Shown here in pieces: positions 20,122 to 29,686 of a stretch of DNA of 64,000 nt. The notes beneath the pieces were generated by a model. The model saw nothing but the letters and a program-made list of their open reading frames with translations, was not told where the DNA came from and made no database searches. Both the position numbers and the translations under genes were made by a program. This DNA is from Escherichia phage vB_EcoP_HC-25922. The stretch is from the sequence record OQ555404.1; one strand, 5' to 3'. Within the stretch, counting starts at the first letter, position 1. Each line of letters starts with the position of its first letter.

Positions 20122-23100
20122 ATGGCTAATTTAAAATCGTGGGAAGAAGCTTCCAAAGCTCCTGCGTATCTGAACGCCTCTCCAGAGCAACAGGCTCAAA
20201 TGAGAGAACAATACAAGGCAGCAGGGGGCACTATTCCTGAGACTCAACCACAAGAGCAACCACAACAAGAAGAACGAGGTGCTATTGGGGAGTTTGCTCA
20301 AGGTGTGTCTAACGCTCTTCAATCAGGTGGTGCTAACATTGCAGCTAGTGCTGCTAAAGGTTTAGGTGGGCTGGTAGAGATTGGTGAAAACCTAACTGGT
20401 TCGGAAACAAGCTATGGTAAGCGCATTCAAGAGAACTCTAAGCAATTGCTGGAAGAACGCTTATCCAAGATAGAAGATGGTTTTGGTAAAACAGCTGGTC
20501 AGTATGCTGGTGTTGCTGCTGATATCGGTTTGACAGTTGCAAACCCTGCTGTTGCTGCTGCTGTGATTGCAGCTCGTGAAACAGGTCGTGCTTATGCTGA
20601 TCAAACTCCTAAAGAAGATGAAGATAAATCAGTTTTAGATGCCGCTCTTGTTGGTGGCGCTAACTACGCTGCTCAGAAGATCCTTCCGGGCATGACTGGT
20701 ACAGCTTCTACTACTCTTGGTCGTGTAGGACAAAGCGTAGCCTCTAACGCAGTTGCTGGTGCTAAGGGTGGTGCTATTGTAGGTGCTGCTGAAGCTCAGA
20801 ACAAATATGGGGATGATACTACTCTCGCTAACGTCTTAGAAGGGGCTATTGAAGAGGGTGCACTTGGTGCTGCTTATGGTGGGGCGATTGGTGGAGTTCA
20901 TGGGTTAATAAGCCGTCCTAGCCCTCAAGTGTTTGATCGTACTCCTGAGCATGTTAAGACTGACATTGCTGCTGAAGATGAGGCTATTCGTAAAGCTACT
21001 AACGCTGATGAACTTCGTGAAGCCTATGCTAAAGCTGAGAATGCTAATGCTGCCTCTGCTTTAAACCTTCTGGATGAAAATGGTTTCCGAATCACAGATG
21101 CAGTTGCTATGGACTCTCCTGCTGTTCAGCGTATTTTAAATACAGACCAAAGCCGCGCTGAGAAGGCTGCTACGGTTCAGAAAGATAGCTCTAATGTTCC
21201 CGGTCTCAATCCTCTCGCTTCTCCTAAGAAGACTCAAGGTAAAGCTTTTGCTGACAATGAGTACAACCAGAAACAAGCTGTGGCAATGAAAGATGCAATG
21301 GCTGACTACACTAAAGATAACACCAAAGCCCTTACTGATGTTCTAGACAACCTAGACCGAGAGTTAGTAGCTCTGAGAGCAAGTGGTGATTTTACTGGTA
21401 GTGCTATTGACATTAAAAACCGTACTCAAGCTGATCGTGATTTTATTGATGCTTATAAAACTTTTTACAGTGAAGCTAATCGTTTCAAAGCTCGTGATGG
21501 TGAAGACCTAAACAACTTCATTGATAAAGCTACTCAGTTGCAGAAGCTCTCTGAAAATGTTTCTCCAGAAATGAAGAAGGCCATTGGTGGATTAAAGAAA
21601 CTAAAAGGTATGCCTGAAGGTTTTAACCCTATCCAAGATGCTTTCACTCTGAATAATACAGCTAAGTTCATGAGTAACCAAGACCGTGGTTGGACCTCTC
21701 TGACTGATGACGGTTTTCGTGAAGCTCCGGCTCCTGTGTTAGTTAAGAATCCTCTCGGTGCAGCCAAGTATGTACTTAACCGCTTTACTTCCGATCGTGC
21801 TCGTGCTCAACGTGAGAAGCAACAGTCAGCTAATAGTGAAGCTATCCGCTCTTTGGCTAGGGCTGATTTAGAAGTACAACGAGCTAGGACTCAGGCTGAA
21901 GAAGCAAGAGCAAAAATGGAAGAAGAACCAACCACAGAAGACATCAAATTCCGTACTCAAAATGATGCACCTTCCGAACCGGTTCGTGAGGAGCCTTCTG
22001 CTACTACTGTGACGGAAGAAATTCCTTCCTCTCCAGCTCCAACTGAAACACCTCTTACTGCGAGGGATTTGGTTGCTCAAAGACGTGCTCTCCAACAAGC
22101 AGAGCTTAGACGTCAAGAAGCTGAAGCTGCTCAGGCTCAAGAAAGTGCTACACCAGAACCTGAACCACAGCAAGAAGCTCTTACAGCTAGAGAATTAGTA
22201 GCTCAGCGTAGGGCTGTAGCAGAGGCTAAGAAACGTCAAGAGGCAGAAGAAGCAGAACGTGCTAAAGAAGCTCCTAAGGAAGCCGTAGAAGAACCTAAAG
22301 AGAAACCTGAGCCATTACCTGCTCGTGCTCCTAAAGCTCCTGAGAAGGCTCCTGAGCCTGTTAAACCGTCACTTGGTGTAGAGCGTCTAGCTTCTATGTC
22401 AACTGCTGCTCGTCAAGCAACGAAAGACCGTGCTGATCGATTTGCTCGTTCTTTGTATTCGGCTGCTGCTAAAGCTAAAGCCACTGCGGAAAATTTCCTT
22501 TCTTACAAGGGAGATCCTAAAGAGCTTATGCGTCGTATCCGTCAGGAAGACCAAGCAAACAACACACAGCGTCATGAAGAGATGGCTAGAAACCAACTAG
22601 CTTCACAGCAAGGCATTGCTTCTGCTAAATCTCAACATGTTCGTGCTTCTTTTGCTGATTGGGTGAAAGAACGTGGGTTGCCTTCTGATATTGCTACTAA
22701 GGCTTTACGGGCTGAAGAGAAAGGTTTAGGTGGGAACGTCACAAGTCTAGATTCACTGAAGCGAAGAGCTGAGCGTTTATATCAGAAACAAAGAGATGAT
22801 GAGTTTGACCGTCTCTATCGAGAGGCTCTGGAAGAGAATAAAGCTTTTGATAAGAGAGATGCTCCTAAACTGGTAGACCAGAAGAAAGAGCTTCAGGATG
22901 AAATTGGTGCGTTGCTTGATGCTGAACCATTACGTCCTGCTCAGAAAGATGCTATGCGTAGGATTATGGAAGACTTCGTGGAGAGTAAGTTTAAATCTTC
23001 AGAGAGAGCTGGAAGGGTTGAGGCTTTGGAAGTTGGTCAGATGAAGGATGTGTGGGATGGGTTTATTAATACCTATAACCGAGAAGTTAACATGTTCAAC

Positions 23101-24567
23101 AAGGCTAACAAGAATTCTCAATACGAAGCAGCAGCTAAACACTTGCAAGCACGTCAAGAACGTCTTGAGACGCTCCGTAACAGAGCTAAGGCTCGCAGTG
23201 ATGCTAAGGCAGCCATGGAGGCTGAGAAGCAGTCCTTGGAGGCTATAGCGGCTCAGAAATCAGAGATAGAGAAGATGTTCAAAGAATTGCCTGAAAGTGT
23301 CAGAGAGGCTCAGGAAGGGCGTACTTTGAAACAGCTTGCTGCTCACCATGATAAGAACTCTCCAGTACCACCAGAGCGTTTCCGTAGTATCATTGAACGT
23401 ATTCACAACGCTGAGAGTGATTACCTCGATCGCAAACGTCGTTTGACCGAAGCAGAGGAAGATGCTCGTGAAGCTAAGTGGAATAGGATGTATGAACAGG
23501 CTGAGGAAATGAACCGTAAGTTTGATATCGATGCTAGAGTGAAGAGAGATAAGGCTCTGAAGGAAGCTCAAGAACGAGAGAATGACTTAATGGCAGTTCA
23601 ACGTCAGCGTGACGACATTCATAAGCGTTTGGTCAATACTCTGGAAGAGAAGGGAGTTTCTAGAGAAGATGCTGAAGCATATGCTGGGTCTTACATGGAT
23701 AATCGGTATGCTTTGTTAGAGAAACCAATGACTCCAGTGGAACATCAGAATGCTCGTGCTCGTATCGAATCTGACGTAGAGAAGTTTGTTAAGAAATACG
23801 AAACAGCTACTCCAATCGAAAGAGAGATTGCTAAAGCAACTGGTGATGCAGATGGGAAACCTTCTGACTTAGATGCAGAAACATTAAAAGCTATCGAAGA
23901 TGCTCGTAAAGTTGATTCCGATTTTAAGAAACTCTTAGATGAAGAGAAGGAAATGGAGAAGATTCGTTCAGCTCTACCTGAAGATGAAAGATCTCAGGCG
24001 AACTCTGATATTCTGGAAAGTATTAAGAAACAGGAAGATGATTTTGCTAGCAAAGCAGAGAAAGCTTTTATTGAAGGGAAGGACTTGCAGGAGTTAGCGA
24101 GTGTTGCAGAAGTTCTAGATAGGGTTCATGGTGCAGACAAGGCTGGTAACAACCGTCGATTTGTACGTGCTCTACAGACTGCTGCCGAGAACAAGAAACG
24201 TTATGGGGATAATCCAGTGGCTTGGTTTAGTGCTGATGATTATTCTGCTATTGCGAAACTTGGTGCTGCTTCGGCAGGTGGTAACAAATCTCGAGCACTT
24301 GAGAAGATCTTTGGTTCTACAGCAGAACAAGCTAAAGGGAAACTTTTAGGGCGGGATGATGTAGCTAAGATTAGACGTGTGATTGAAGCGAATCCCAATG
24401 TTAAGATTCCTTCTTACAAGACAACTACTCGACAAGAGTACATGCAGTTCTTGGAGAAGTATAATGACGAGGGAGAGTTGAAAGTCAAACGTGGTTCTCT
24501 GTCTGACAAGTTGGAGAGAGGTAAGCGTCAAGCTAAACTCCGTGTTAGAGTTCGAGCTAAGGAGTAA
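20122..24567 (+). CDS. large internal virion/ejection protein (1481 aa)
   Basis: A/E/K/R-rich helical protein with an internal tandem repeat (LTAR[DE]LVAQRRA...); last gene of the plus-strand module. Confidence 0.5.
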   Translation: MANLKSWEEASKAPAYLNASPEQQAQMREQYKAAGGTIPETQPQEQPQQEERGAIGEFAQGVSNALQSGGANIAASAAKGLGGLVEIGENLTGSETSYGKRIQENSKQLLEERLSKIEDGFGKTAGQYAGVAADIGLTVANPAVAAAVIAARETGRAYADQTPKEDEDKSVLDAALVGGANYAAQKILPGMTGTASTTLGRVGQSVASNAVAGAKGGAIVGAAEAQNKYGDDTTLANVLEGAIEEGALGAAYGGAIGGVHGLISRPSPQVFDRTPEHVKTDIAAEDEAIRKATNADELREAYAKAENANAASALNLLDENGFRITDAVAMDSPAVQRILNTDQSRAEKAATVQKDSSNVPGLNPLASPKKTQGKAFADNEYNQKQAVAMKDAMADYTKDNTKALTDVLDNLDRELVALRASGDFTGSAIDIKNRTQADRDFIDAYKTFYSEANRFKARDGEDLNNFIDKATQLQKLSENVSPEMKKAIGGLKKLKGMPEGFNPIQDAFTLNNTAKFMSNQDRGWTSLTDDGFREAPAPVLVKNPLGAAKYVLNRFTSDRARAQREKQQSANSEAIRSLARADLEVQRARTQAEEARAKMEEEPTTEDIKFRTQNDAPSEPVREEPSATTVTEEIPSSPAPTETPLTARDLVAQRRALQQAELRRQEAEAAQAQESATPEPEPQQEALTARELVAQRRAVAEAKKRQEAEEAERAKEAPKEAVEEPKEKPEPLPARAPKAPEKAPEPVKPSLGVERLASMSTAARQATKDRADRFARSLYSAAAKAKATAENFLSYKGDPKELMRRIRQEDQANNTQRHEEMARNQLASQQGIASAKSQHVRASFADWVKERGLPSDIATKALRAEEKGLGGNVTSLDSLKRRAERLYQKQRDDEFDRLYREALEENKAFDKRDAPKLVDQKKELQDEIGALLDAEPLRPAQKDAMRRIMEDFVESKFKSSERAGRVEALEVGQMKDVWDGFINTYNREVNMFNKANKNSQYEAAAKHLQARQERLETLRNRAKARSDAKAAMEAEKQSLEAIAAQKSEIEKMFKELPESVREAQEGRTLKQLAAHHDKNSPVPPERFRSIIERIHNAESDYLDRKRRLTEAEEDAREAKWNRMYEQAEEMNRKFDIDARVKRDKALKEAQERENDLMAVQRQRDDIHKRLVNTLEEKGVSREDAEAYAGSYMDNRYALLEKPMTPVEHQNARARIESDVEKFVKKYETATPIEREIAKATGDADGKPSDLDAETLKAIEDARKVDSDFKKLLDEEKEMEKIRSALPEDERSQANSDILESIKKQEDDFASKAEKAFIEGKDLQELASVAEVLDRVHGADKAGNNRRFVRALQTAAENKKRYGDNPVAWFSADDYSAIAKLGAASAGGNKSRALEKIFGSTAEQAKGKLLGRDDVAKIRRVIEANPNVKIPSYKTTTRQEYMQFLEKYNDEGELKVKRGSLSDKLERGKRQAKLRVRVRAKE

Positions 24568-24574
24568 ACAAGAA

Positions 24575-24615
24575 AAGCCCCCAACCTGTAAAAAGGAAGG
24601 GGGCTTCTTTATTTC
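24575..24615. terminator. terminator hairpin at the convergence point of the two blocks
   Basis: AAGCCCCC...GGGGGCTT stem with T-run after it on plus and A-run before it (T-run for minus). Confidence 0.45.
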
Positions 24616-24684
24616 TAGATGTTAGAATCCATCAAATTCATCATACATCCCAATTTTCTTCTTCAAAGTCAATCATAAAACCTC

Positions 24685-24927
24685 CTAGATTAAATCGTAA
24701 TACTTAATAATATCAGAGAGCTTAAACTCTCTAATGTCATTCTTGTCATTATCCCAAGCAGTCATTATCCAACAAGGTTTGCCCCCATTATGATAAGGGG
24801 AAGAAGCAACTGAGGTTCGTATAGGAATAACGGAGCGGTCTGCAATCTCGCCTCTCCAATTACGATAGCTAAAGCGAAGAATTTGTTTCGTAGATACTTG
24901 ATCATTTGTGCTTTCCTTGTTCATTGA
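24685..24927 (-). CDS. hypothetical protein (about 80 aa)
   Basis: C-terminal part of ORF 24685-25107 taken from the internal ATG after the HNH stop; start uncertain. Confidence 0.3.
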   Translation of the reverse strand, partial: SMNKESTNDQVSTKQILRFSYRNWRGEIADRSVIPIRTSVASSPYHNGGKPCWIMTAWDNDKNDIREFKLSDIIKYYDLI

Positions 24928-24946
24928 TTCAAAGACTTCTTTTTCT

Positions 24947-25351
24947 TCAGGAGTCTCTAGATTTTTTAAATTCACGTCTTGCATCGTTTTCCTCTTTAGT
25001 TTTAATCTTATGGCACGGTTCTTTACATAAGACCTGAAAGCCATCTTTCTCAACCAAAGCTCTCTCAATAATCTCATCCCAAGTAGCTTCACGGTCCACT
25101 GGAACAATAGGCTCGATGTGGTCGACAGCCACCTCTTTCAGAGGAGAGTCATTACCGCACATGGCACACTTGTAGTGCATTGCCAGCTTGCCAGTCTTAG
25201 GATTGATTTTACGTTCTGTCTGAGCTTCTTTGAGAGCATCAAACATAGGCTTCCACTTTCTAGTCAGAGAACGAATCCCTGACTTAATGAAGGAGTTGTA
25301 ACGTGCTTCAGTCCACTGATTTGAACATCTTGTCTTCTCAGCCTTCGCCAT
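24947..25351 (-). CDS. HNH endonuclease
   Basis: CAMCG...VDHIEP...LCKEPCHKIK matches the HNH pattern. Confidence 0.65.
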   Translation of the reverse strand: MAKAEKTRCSNQWTEARYNSFIKSGIRSLTRKWKPMFDALKEAQTERKINPKTGKLAMHYKCAMCGNDSPLKEVAVDHIEPIVPVDREATWDEIIERALVEKDGFQVLCKEPCHKIKTKEENDARREFKKSRDS

Positions 25352-25529
25352 AACCTACATCCATATCAGCGTCTTCCCAAATGCGTTTATTGACTCGGTG
25401 TGATTCTTTATCAGCACGAGGGATACGACCTGTGCGACGATCAAATGCTTGGTGCTTAATCTTTTGATCTTTACGAGATTCACGAGTAGAGAAGTTTTCA
25501 TCATACGAACGATAGTCAAATTTACCCAT
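25338..25529 (-). CDS. hypothetical small protein
   Basis: 63 aa ORF overlapping the HNH start by 14 nt. Confidence 0.25.
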   Translation of the reverse strand: MGKFDYRSYDENFSTRESRKDQKIKHQAFDRRTGRIPRADKESHRVNKRIWEDADMDVGYGEG

Positions 25530-25539
25530 TATAATATCC

Positions 25540-26361
25540 TTATTCCCAAGTTTTATCTAACCATGACCAATCAAAGAGGTCACCTTCAGCTTGTCCAACG
25601 AAGAGCAATCGAGCGTTTTCTAACATCTTATCTTCTGCTTCTTCCTCGAACCTCTTATAGTATTCCATTCGTATAATATGATAAAGAGTCCACTTATCGA
25701 ATACCTTCTCAATAAGTTTGATTGCAGCCTTGCTACCAATGCCTTTACGGCGCATAACCAAGTTGCCACCCCACATCATTTCAACCTTCTCACCACAACC
25801 GGGAATATTATCTGTATTATCCCCAATCAACATTTGGTAGAAGAAATTCTGCCATGCTACTTCTTCTGATACATAATGAGGAGGTACTTCTTTCTGTCTT
25901 TCTCCACAAGCCCAACGATAATGCCATCCGGGAGTGATTAACAAATCTTTATCACGAGTACAGATAATCGTATTCTTATCTCGTCTCTGTCTTTCAGCTA
26001 GGGCATCATCTGCCTCTCTCCCAAAGACTTCTACATACTCGTAATTTTCTTTAATATAATCACTAACGTTCTGCCAGTGGTGGGGTCTTTCTCCCGGTGG
26101 GCGATTAGCTTTGTAGCCTTGCTGTTTAGCAATGTTAAATCGAAAATTACCACCTTCGCTGAAGTAAAAGATTGTTTTCTCGCAACCAGACCTTGCAATG
26201 ATTACATCTATTTTATGCTGAAGTCGTTCAATCAAGAATCCATAATCAACTGGAACACGACCTGTGTCTAGAAAAGGATGCTCTTGTGTAAGAGCACCGA
26301 CTTCATATCGCAGAACATCTGCATCCACAATTGCTACTTCAGGATAGATTACATCAGACAT
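25540..26361 (-). CDS. 5'-3' exonuclease / flap endonuclease
   Basis: GREADDALAE (EADD) and GIG motifs typical of FEN-family nucleases; start set at the ATG overlapping the upstream stop (ATGTCTGA). Confidence 0.6.
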   Translation of the reverse strand: MSDVIYPEVAIVDADVLRYEVGALTQEHPFLDTGRVPVDYGFLIERLQHKIDVIIARSGCEKTIFYFSEGGNFRFNIAKQQGYKANRPPGERPHHWQNVSDYIKENYEYVEVFGREADDALAERQRRDKNTIICTRDKDLLITPGWHYRWACGERQKEVPPHYVSEEVAWQNFFYQMLIGDNTDNIPGCGEKVEMMWGGNLVMRRKGIGSKAAIKLIEKVFDKWTLYHIIRMEYYKRFEEEAEDKMLENARLLFVGQAEGDLFDWSWLDKTWE

Positions 26362-26950
26362 AGAGTTCTCTCCGTGTCCGTACAACAATCCAGTTTAAAT
26401 AATCTACTGCATCTTCTACAGTAGAATTATTCGCTAGGTAGTATGTATTTCTCTGACTGCCTTCAATGTAGGAACGAGAATCTCCTTTAAAATCACAACC
26501 TTCACGAATCACCTGAATTACCTGAACATGGAAATGTTTCTCTAGTTCTTCAACTTCGGCTTTGAACCCACCATCAGAGAAGACGATAACATCATTCTGT
26601 GATGGGATACGTTGTTGAATACTGCTAACAGCAAGTTTACCCATGCAGGTCTCACCAAACATAGGTTTCAGGTAATCCTCACTAGTTGCAATCATCAAGT
26701 CTCGAACTGACTTACCGTCCCATTCAGGACGGCTATGTTCTTTCCACTCACGGTCGTTGTACAGCTCCATGAACTCATAAAGAGGTAGACCTAATGCAGC
26801 AGCAGCCACTCGATATATAGGCTCCTTAAAAGCCTTTACATGCGGCCTAAACTCGGTGTTACCAAGTGTTTTCTCTAACCAAGAATTAGCGATTGTATCT
26901 TTACCACAACCCGGTGGTCCATTCAGAATTACTACTAATGGTTTACTCAT
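26354..26950 (-). CDS. P-loop kinase, dNMP kinase-like
   Basis: GPPGCGKDT P-loop resembling the T4 gp1 SGKDT signature. Confidence 0.45.
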   Translation of the reverse strand: MSKPLVVILNGPPGCGKDTIANSWLEKTLGNTEFRPHVKAFKEPIYRVAAAALGLPLYEFMELYNDREWKEHSRPEWDGKSVRDLMIATSEDYLKPMFGETCMGKLAVSSIQQRIPSQNDVIVFSDGGFKAEVEELEKHFHVQVIQVIREGCDFKGDSRSYIEGSQRNTYYLANNSTVEDAVDYLNWIVVRTRRELYV

Positions 26951-27600
26951 TATTGAATCATCCCTTGAAGATCTTCTTTATCAAAGTGCTTCTCTACTAC
27001 CGCTTCATACAGATCACGATTCTCTGAATAACGACGATAGAAGGTTCCGTGTGAAATTCCCAACTCTTGCTGGATGTGATCATGTGGGATGCCGAGAAAG
27101 AGCATTGAGAACATGCTTGCCATCTTACGGTTTTCCATAATGTCACTCAGGTCTTGGAAGAAGAAAAAGATTCTAGATTCCAAGAACGGGTCTCCAGTAG
27201 AATCATGCTTATCCATCGCAATCTCTAAAGGACTTTCCCATGAATTCATCTCAGGAGGTCTAAACATATCAGCCTCTGGAATAGAGTAGATACGTCGGTC
27301 TCCAACTGTCTGGCGATTAGAACGAATCGACCAGATGATATTCTTGACACGATAAGTCATGTGCTCAATATCTTTTTCATCAGTGAGCAGAAGTTCTTCT
27401 TGCTTTGCAAACACAAAACGCCAAGCGTTCAGTAATACTTCCTGAGCAACATCCTCTGCCTCGTGATAGTCTTTAATGTCATACATAAAATACTTATGCA
27501 CAACTTTCCAGTTCTCTCGATAAAATTCATCGAAGGTTGGATAATATTTAATAGGAATGCCATGAATACGATAGCGTGTGGGTGTTGTCTTCTTCTTCAT
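26950..27600 (-). CDS. ECF-like sigma factor
   Basis: [14 protein letters not shown] resembles sigma region 2; C-terminal [22 protein letters not shown] resembles a region 4 helix-turn-helix. Confidence 0.5.
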   Translation of the reverse strand: MKKKTTPTRYRIHGIPIKYYPTFDEFYRENWKVVHKYFMYDIKDYHEAEDVAQEVLLNAWRFVFAKQEELLLTDEKDIEHMTYRVKNIIWSIRSNRQTVGDRRIYSIPEADMFRPPEMNSWESPLEIAMDKHDSTGDPFLESRIFFFFQDLSDIMENRKMASMFSMLFLGIPHDHIQQELGISHGTFYRRYSENRDLYEAVVEKHFDKEDLQGMIQ

Positions 27601-27624
27601 AAGTCGTCCTTAACTTACTTTATG

Positions 27625-27849
27625 TTAGGCTACACAGAATAGATACATTGCTGTGTCAGGACAAGGAATGGCTGTCTGAATACCACTTACCTTAATCCAC
27701 ATATCTTCTTCAGAGTCATAATAGGCCCAATAGGATTGGTCTCCATCTACAAAGAACTTAAAAGTTCGTCCCCAAACTTGATTGTTGTATTCCCATACTG
27801 CATGAAGTTGAGTAACGCCTTCTGGTATTGTAAGTTCTGCTCTTATCAT
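27625..27849 (-). CDS. hypothetical protein
   Basis: 74 aa ORF. Confidence 0.35.
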   Translation of the reverse strand: MIRAELTIPEGVTQLHAVWEYNNQVWGRTFKFFVDGDQSYWAYYDSEEDMWIKVSGIQTAIPCPDTAMYLFCVA

Positions 27850-28106
27850 TGTATCCCTCTCTCTTTGAGAGCTTTAAGTAAACCATTGTGATTAGCAGCA
27901 CAGGTTGTATAATTATCCTGATACCACTCAAGTGTTGTTGCAAGTGCTACTCCCTGTCCACTCTGAAGTAAAGGGAGGTCTATATCACACTCAGTTTTTA
28001 GGTTTGTTGGTAAGGGCACTAACTGCCTGCTGTTGTCTCTCGTTGAACAAGCTGACATACTCATCGCTAGCACACACATTGTAAAAAACTGGCTTAGTCT
28101 TTTCAT
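27846..28106 (-). CDS. o-spanin (Rz1-like lipoprotein)
   Basis: signal peptide ending in lipobox-like MSAC; starts inside the 3' end of the i-spanin gene in another frame. Confidence 0.5.
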   Translation of the reverse strand: MKRLSQFFTMCVLAMSMSACSTRDNSRQLVPLPTNLKTECDIDLPLLQSGQGVALATTLEWYQDNYTTCAANHNGLLKALKERGIQ

Positions 28107-28338
28107 AATGCATCTCTTTGTAAATAGTTTCTGTGTTCTTCTTCCAGTTTGATAAACTAGTTAGAACTTTCTGAGCCACTTCATCAGCAGCCTTAGCTCT
28201 CTCAATCTCGATCTCTTGTTGTTTCTTCTCTTGGTCAAGAGTGTTACTATCATTTCTATATTGCTCAAACTTCATGCCACCAAAGAAAATAATAGCTGTG
28301 AAAATAAGAAAGCCTATATTGTTTTGAAGCTTTTCCAT
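27991..28338 (-). CDS. i-spanin (Rz-like)
   Basis: N-terminal transmembrane segment IGFLIFTAIIFFGG then coiled coil; start moved to the ATG with a GGAG RBS just after the terminator. Confidence 0.5.
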   Translation of the reverse strand: MEKLQNNIGFLIFTAIIFFGGMKFEQYRNDSNTLDQEKKQQEIEIERAKAADEVAQKVLTSLSNWKKNTETIYKEMHYEKTKPVFYNVCASDEYVSLFNERQQQAVSALTNKPKN

Positions 28339-28350
28339 TTTAACTCCAAC

Positions 28351-28374
28351 GAAAAAAGCCACCCGAAGGTGGCT
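28351..28374 (-). terminator. rho-independent terminator (minus strand)
   Basis: minus-strand AGCCACC-TTCG-GGTGGCT followed by TTTTTT. Confidence 0.6.
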
Positions 28375-28397
28375 AAGCTATTACAAGGAGAGATTCA

Positions 28398-29138
28398 TTA
28401 GAAAGGGCTGTCATCTTCTTCAAAGGTAGACTGCGGCTCTTCGTTAATAGTAGGGATACTTGGAGTAGCATCTTTCTGTTCAGTATCAGAAGCTTTAGTA
28501 ACTTCACGACCAGCCAGAGGGATGTTCTTAGCATCATTAGCTTGGGTCAGAAGATTACGTTGGAATGGGAAGATTGCTTGATAAGCAGCCAAGTTAGCAT
28601 CAGTCTCAGCATACGGTTCGAAGAAGATCAACTCACTACGAGGGGCACCTACAGCATCACGATATTTGGTAGGGATTGGAGTGATACTCTTAATGGAGTT
28701 TTTCTTCTCACCAGCTTTGTTTACATAGGAATTAACCAGAATGTTAACAGGCTGACCTAGCAGCATATCTTTAAACCAACCCAAATCACCTTTCAGTGCT
28801 TGAACACTTGGGTCGATCATTTTGATCAGATTCAGAATACCAGAGTTCTTAGCTCGTGGGTTTACGTCGAAAGTTTTAAACTGGCAAGCAGGACGAGGGT
28901 CCAGAGGTTTGCCTTCATTATCAGTCCCTGTTGCATCCACGCCAATCAGTTCAAAAGCCAAGTCCATACGGAAAGCTGGGTTCTTAGGAGTAACTGCTTT
29001 AGTCTTAGGGTCAATCCAAGGGTCACGATTGTGAACACCTAAACCTACAACACGAACAATACGTGCTTCGTACTCACCATCAGGGATTACATCGTAGTTG
29101 GATTTACGGGATACAGACAGTTCAGGGATCATAGACAT
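28398..29138 (-). CDS. single-stranded DNA-binding protein (T7 gp2.5-like)
   Basis: 246 aa with acidic C-terminal tail ending in Phe (EEDDSPF). Confidence 0.45.
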   Translation of the reverse strand: MSMIPELSVSRKSNYDVIPDGEYEARIVRVVGLGVHNRDPWIDPKTKAVTPKNPAFRMDLAFELIGVDATGTDNEGKPLDPRPACQFKTFDVNPRAKNSGILNLIKMIDPSVQALKGDLGWFKDMLLGQPVNILVNSYVNKAGEKKNSIKSITPIPTKYRDAVGAPRSELIFFEPYAETDANLAAYQAIFPFQRNLLTQANDAKNIPLAGREVTKASDTEQKDATPSIPTINEEPQSTFEEDDSPF

Positions 29139-29556
29139 ATTAATATTTCCTTATATAAATTTAAGATTGTTGCTCTCTTTGAGCGGTTTGTATACTATAT
29201 ACATTACACTTATACAGATAAGGTTCTATTATACTATAACCTTTTTGGTAGTAGATAATAACAAATAGTAATGTATATATATGGTATAGCTAGTAAAGCT
29301 ATTGCAGGCTTGTATATTGGGCAATTCATAGAATCCCTTGCAAGTACCGAAGGGCAGGAGCCACCTGCGAGATAAAAATAGAGAATTAAGGAAATCCTTG
29401 ATTTAGGTTGTAGGGACTCCTAGGGACTTTGATTCTCTATTTAAAAGAATATTAATTACTTACTACCTAAATAATTAACTAACTTACTTAAACCAAACTC
29501 AAGAATAATAGATAAAAAGATTATTCCTAAGAAAGCTAAAAAGTAAAGGATATAAG
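29139..29556. promoter_or_regulatory. 418-bp AT-rich noncoding region with divergent TAATGTATA motifs, palindromes and direct repeats
   Basis: no ORF of 60 aa or more; TAATGTATA on minus at 29198-29206 and on plus at 29269-29277; inverted repeat AAATAGAGAAT/ATTCTCTATTT; direct repeat TAGGGACT x2. Confidence 0.4.
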
Positions 29557-29686
29557 TTACCATTCAAGTAAACCTTTAAAGTTAGTTTGTTCTACTATCC
29601 TCTGATAATGAAGATTAGAATCAGCTTGTTTCTTTAACATCTCATTATATTTATCTCTGATAGAGTCTTTATAAACTACAGGTTCT

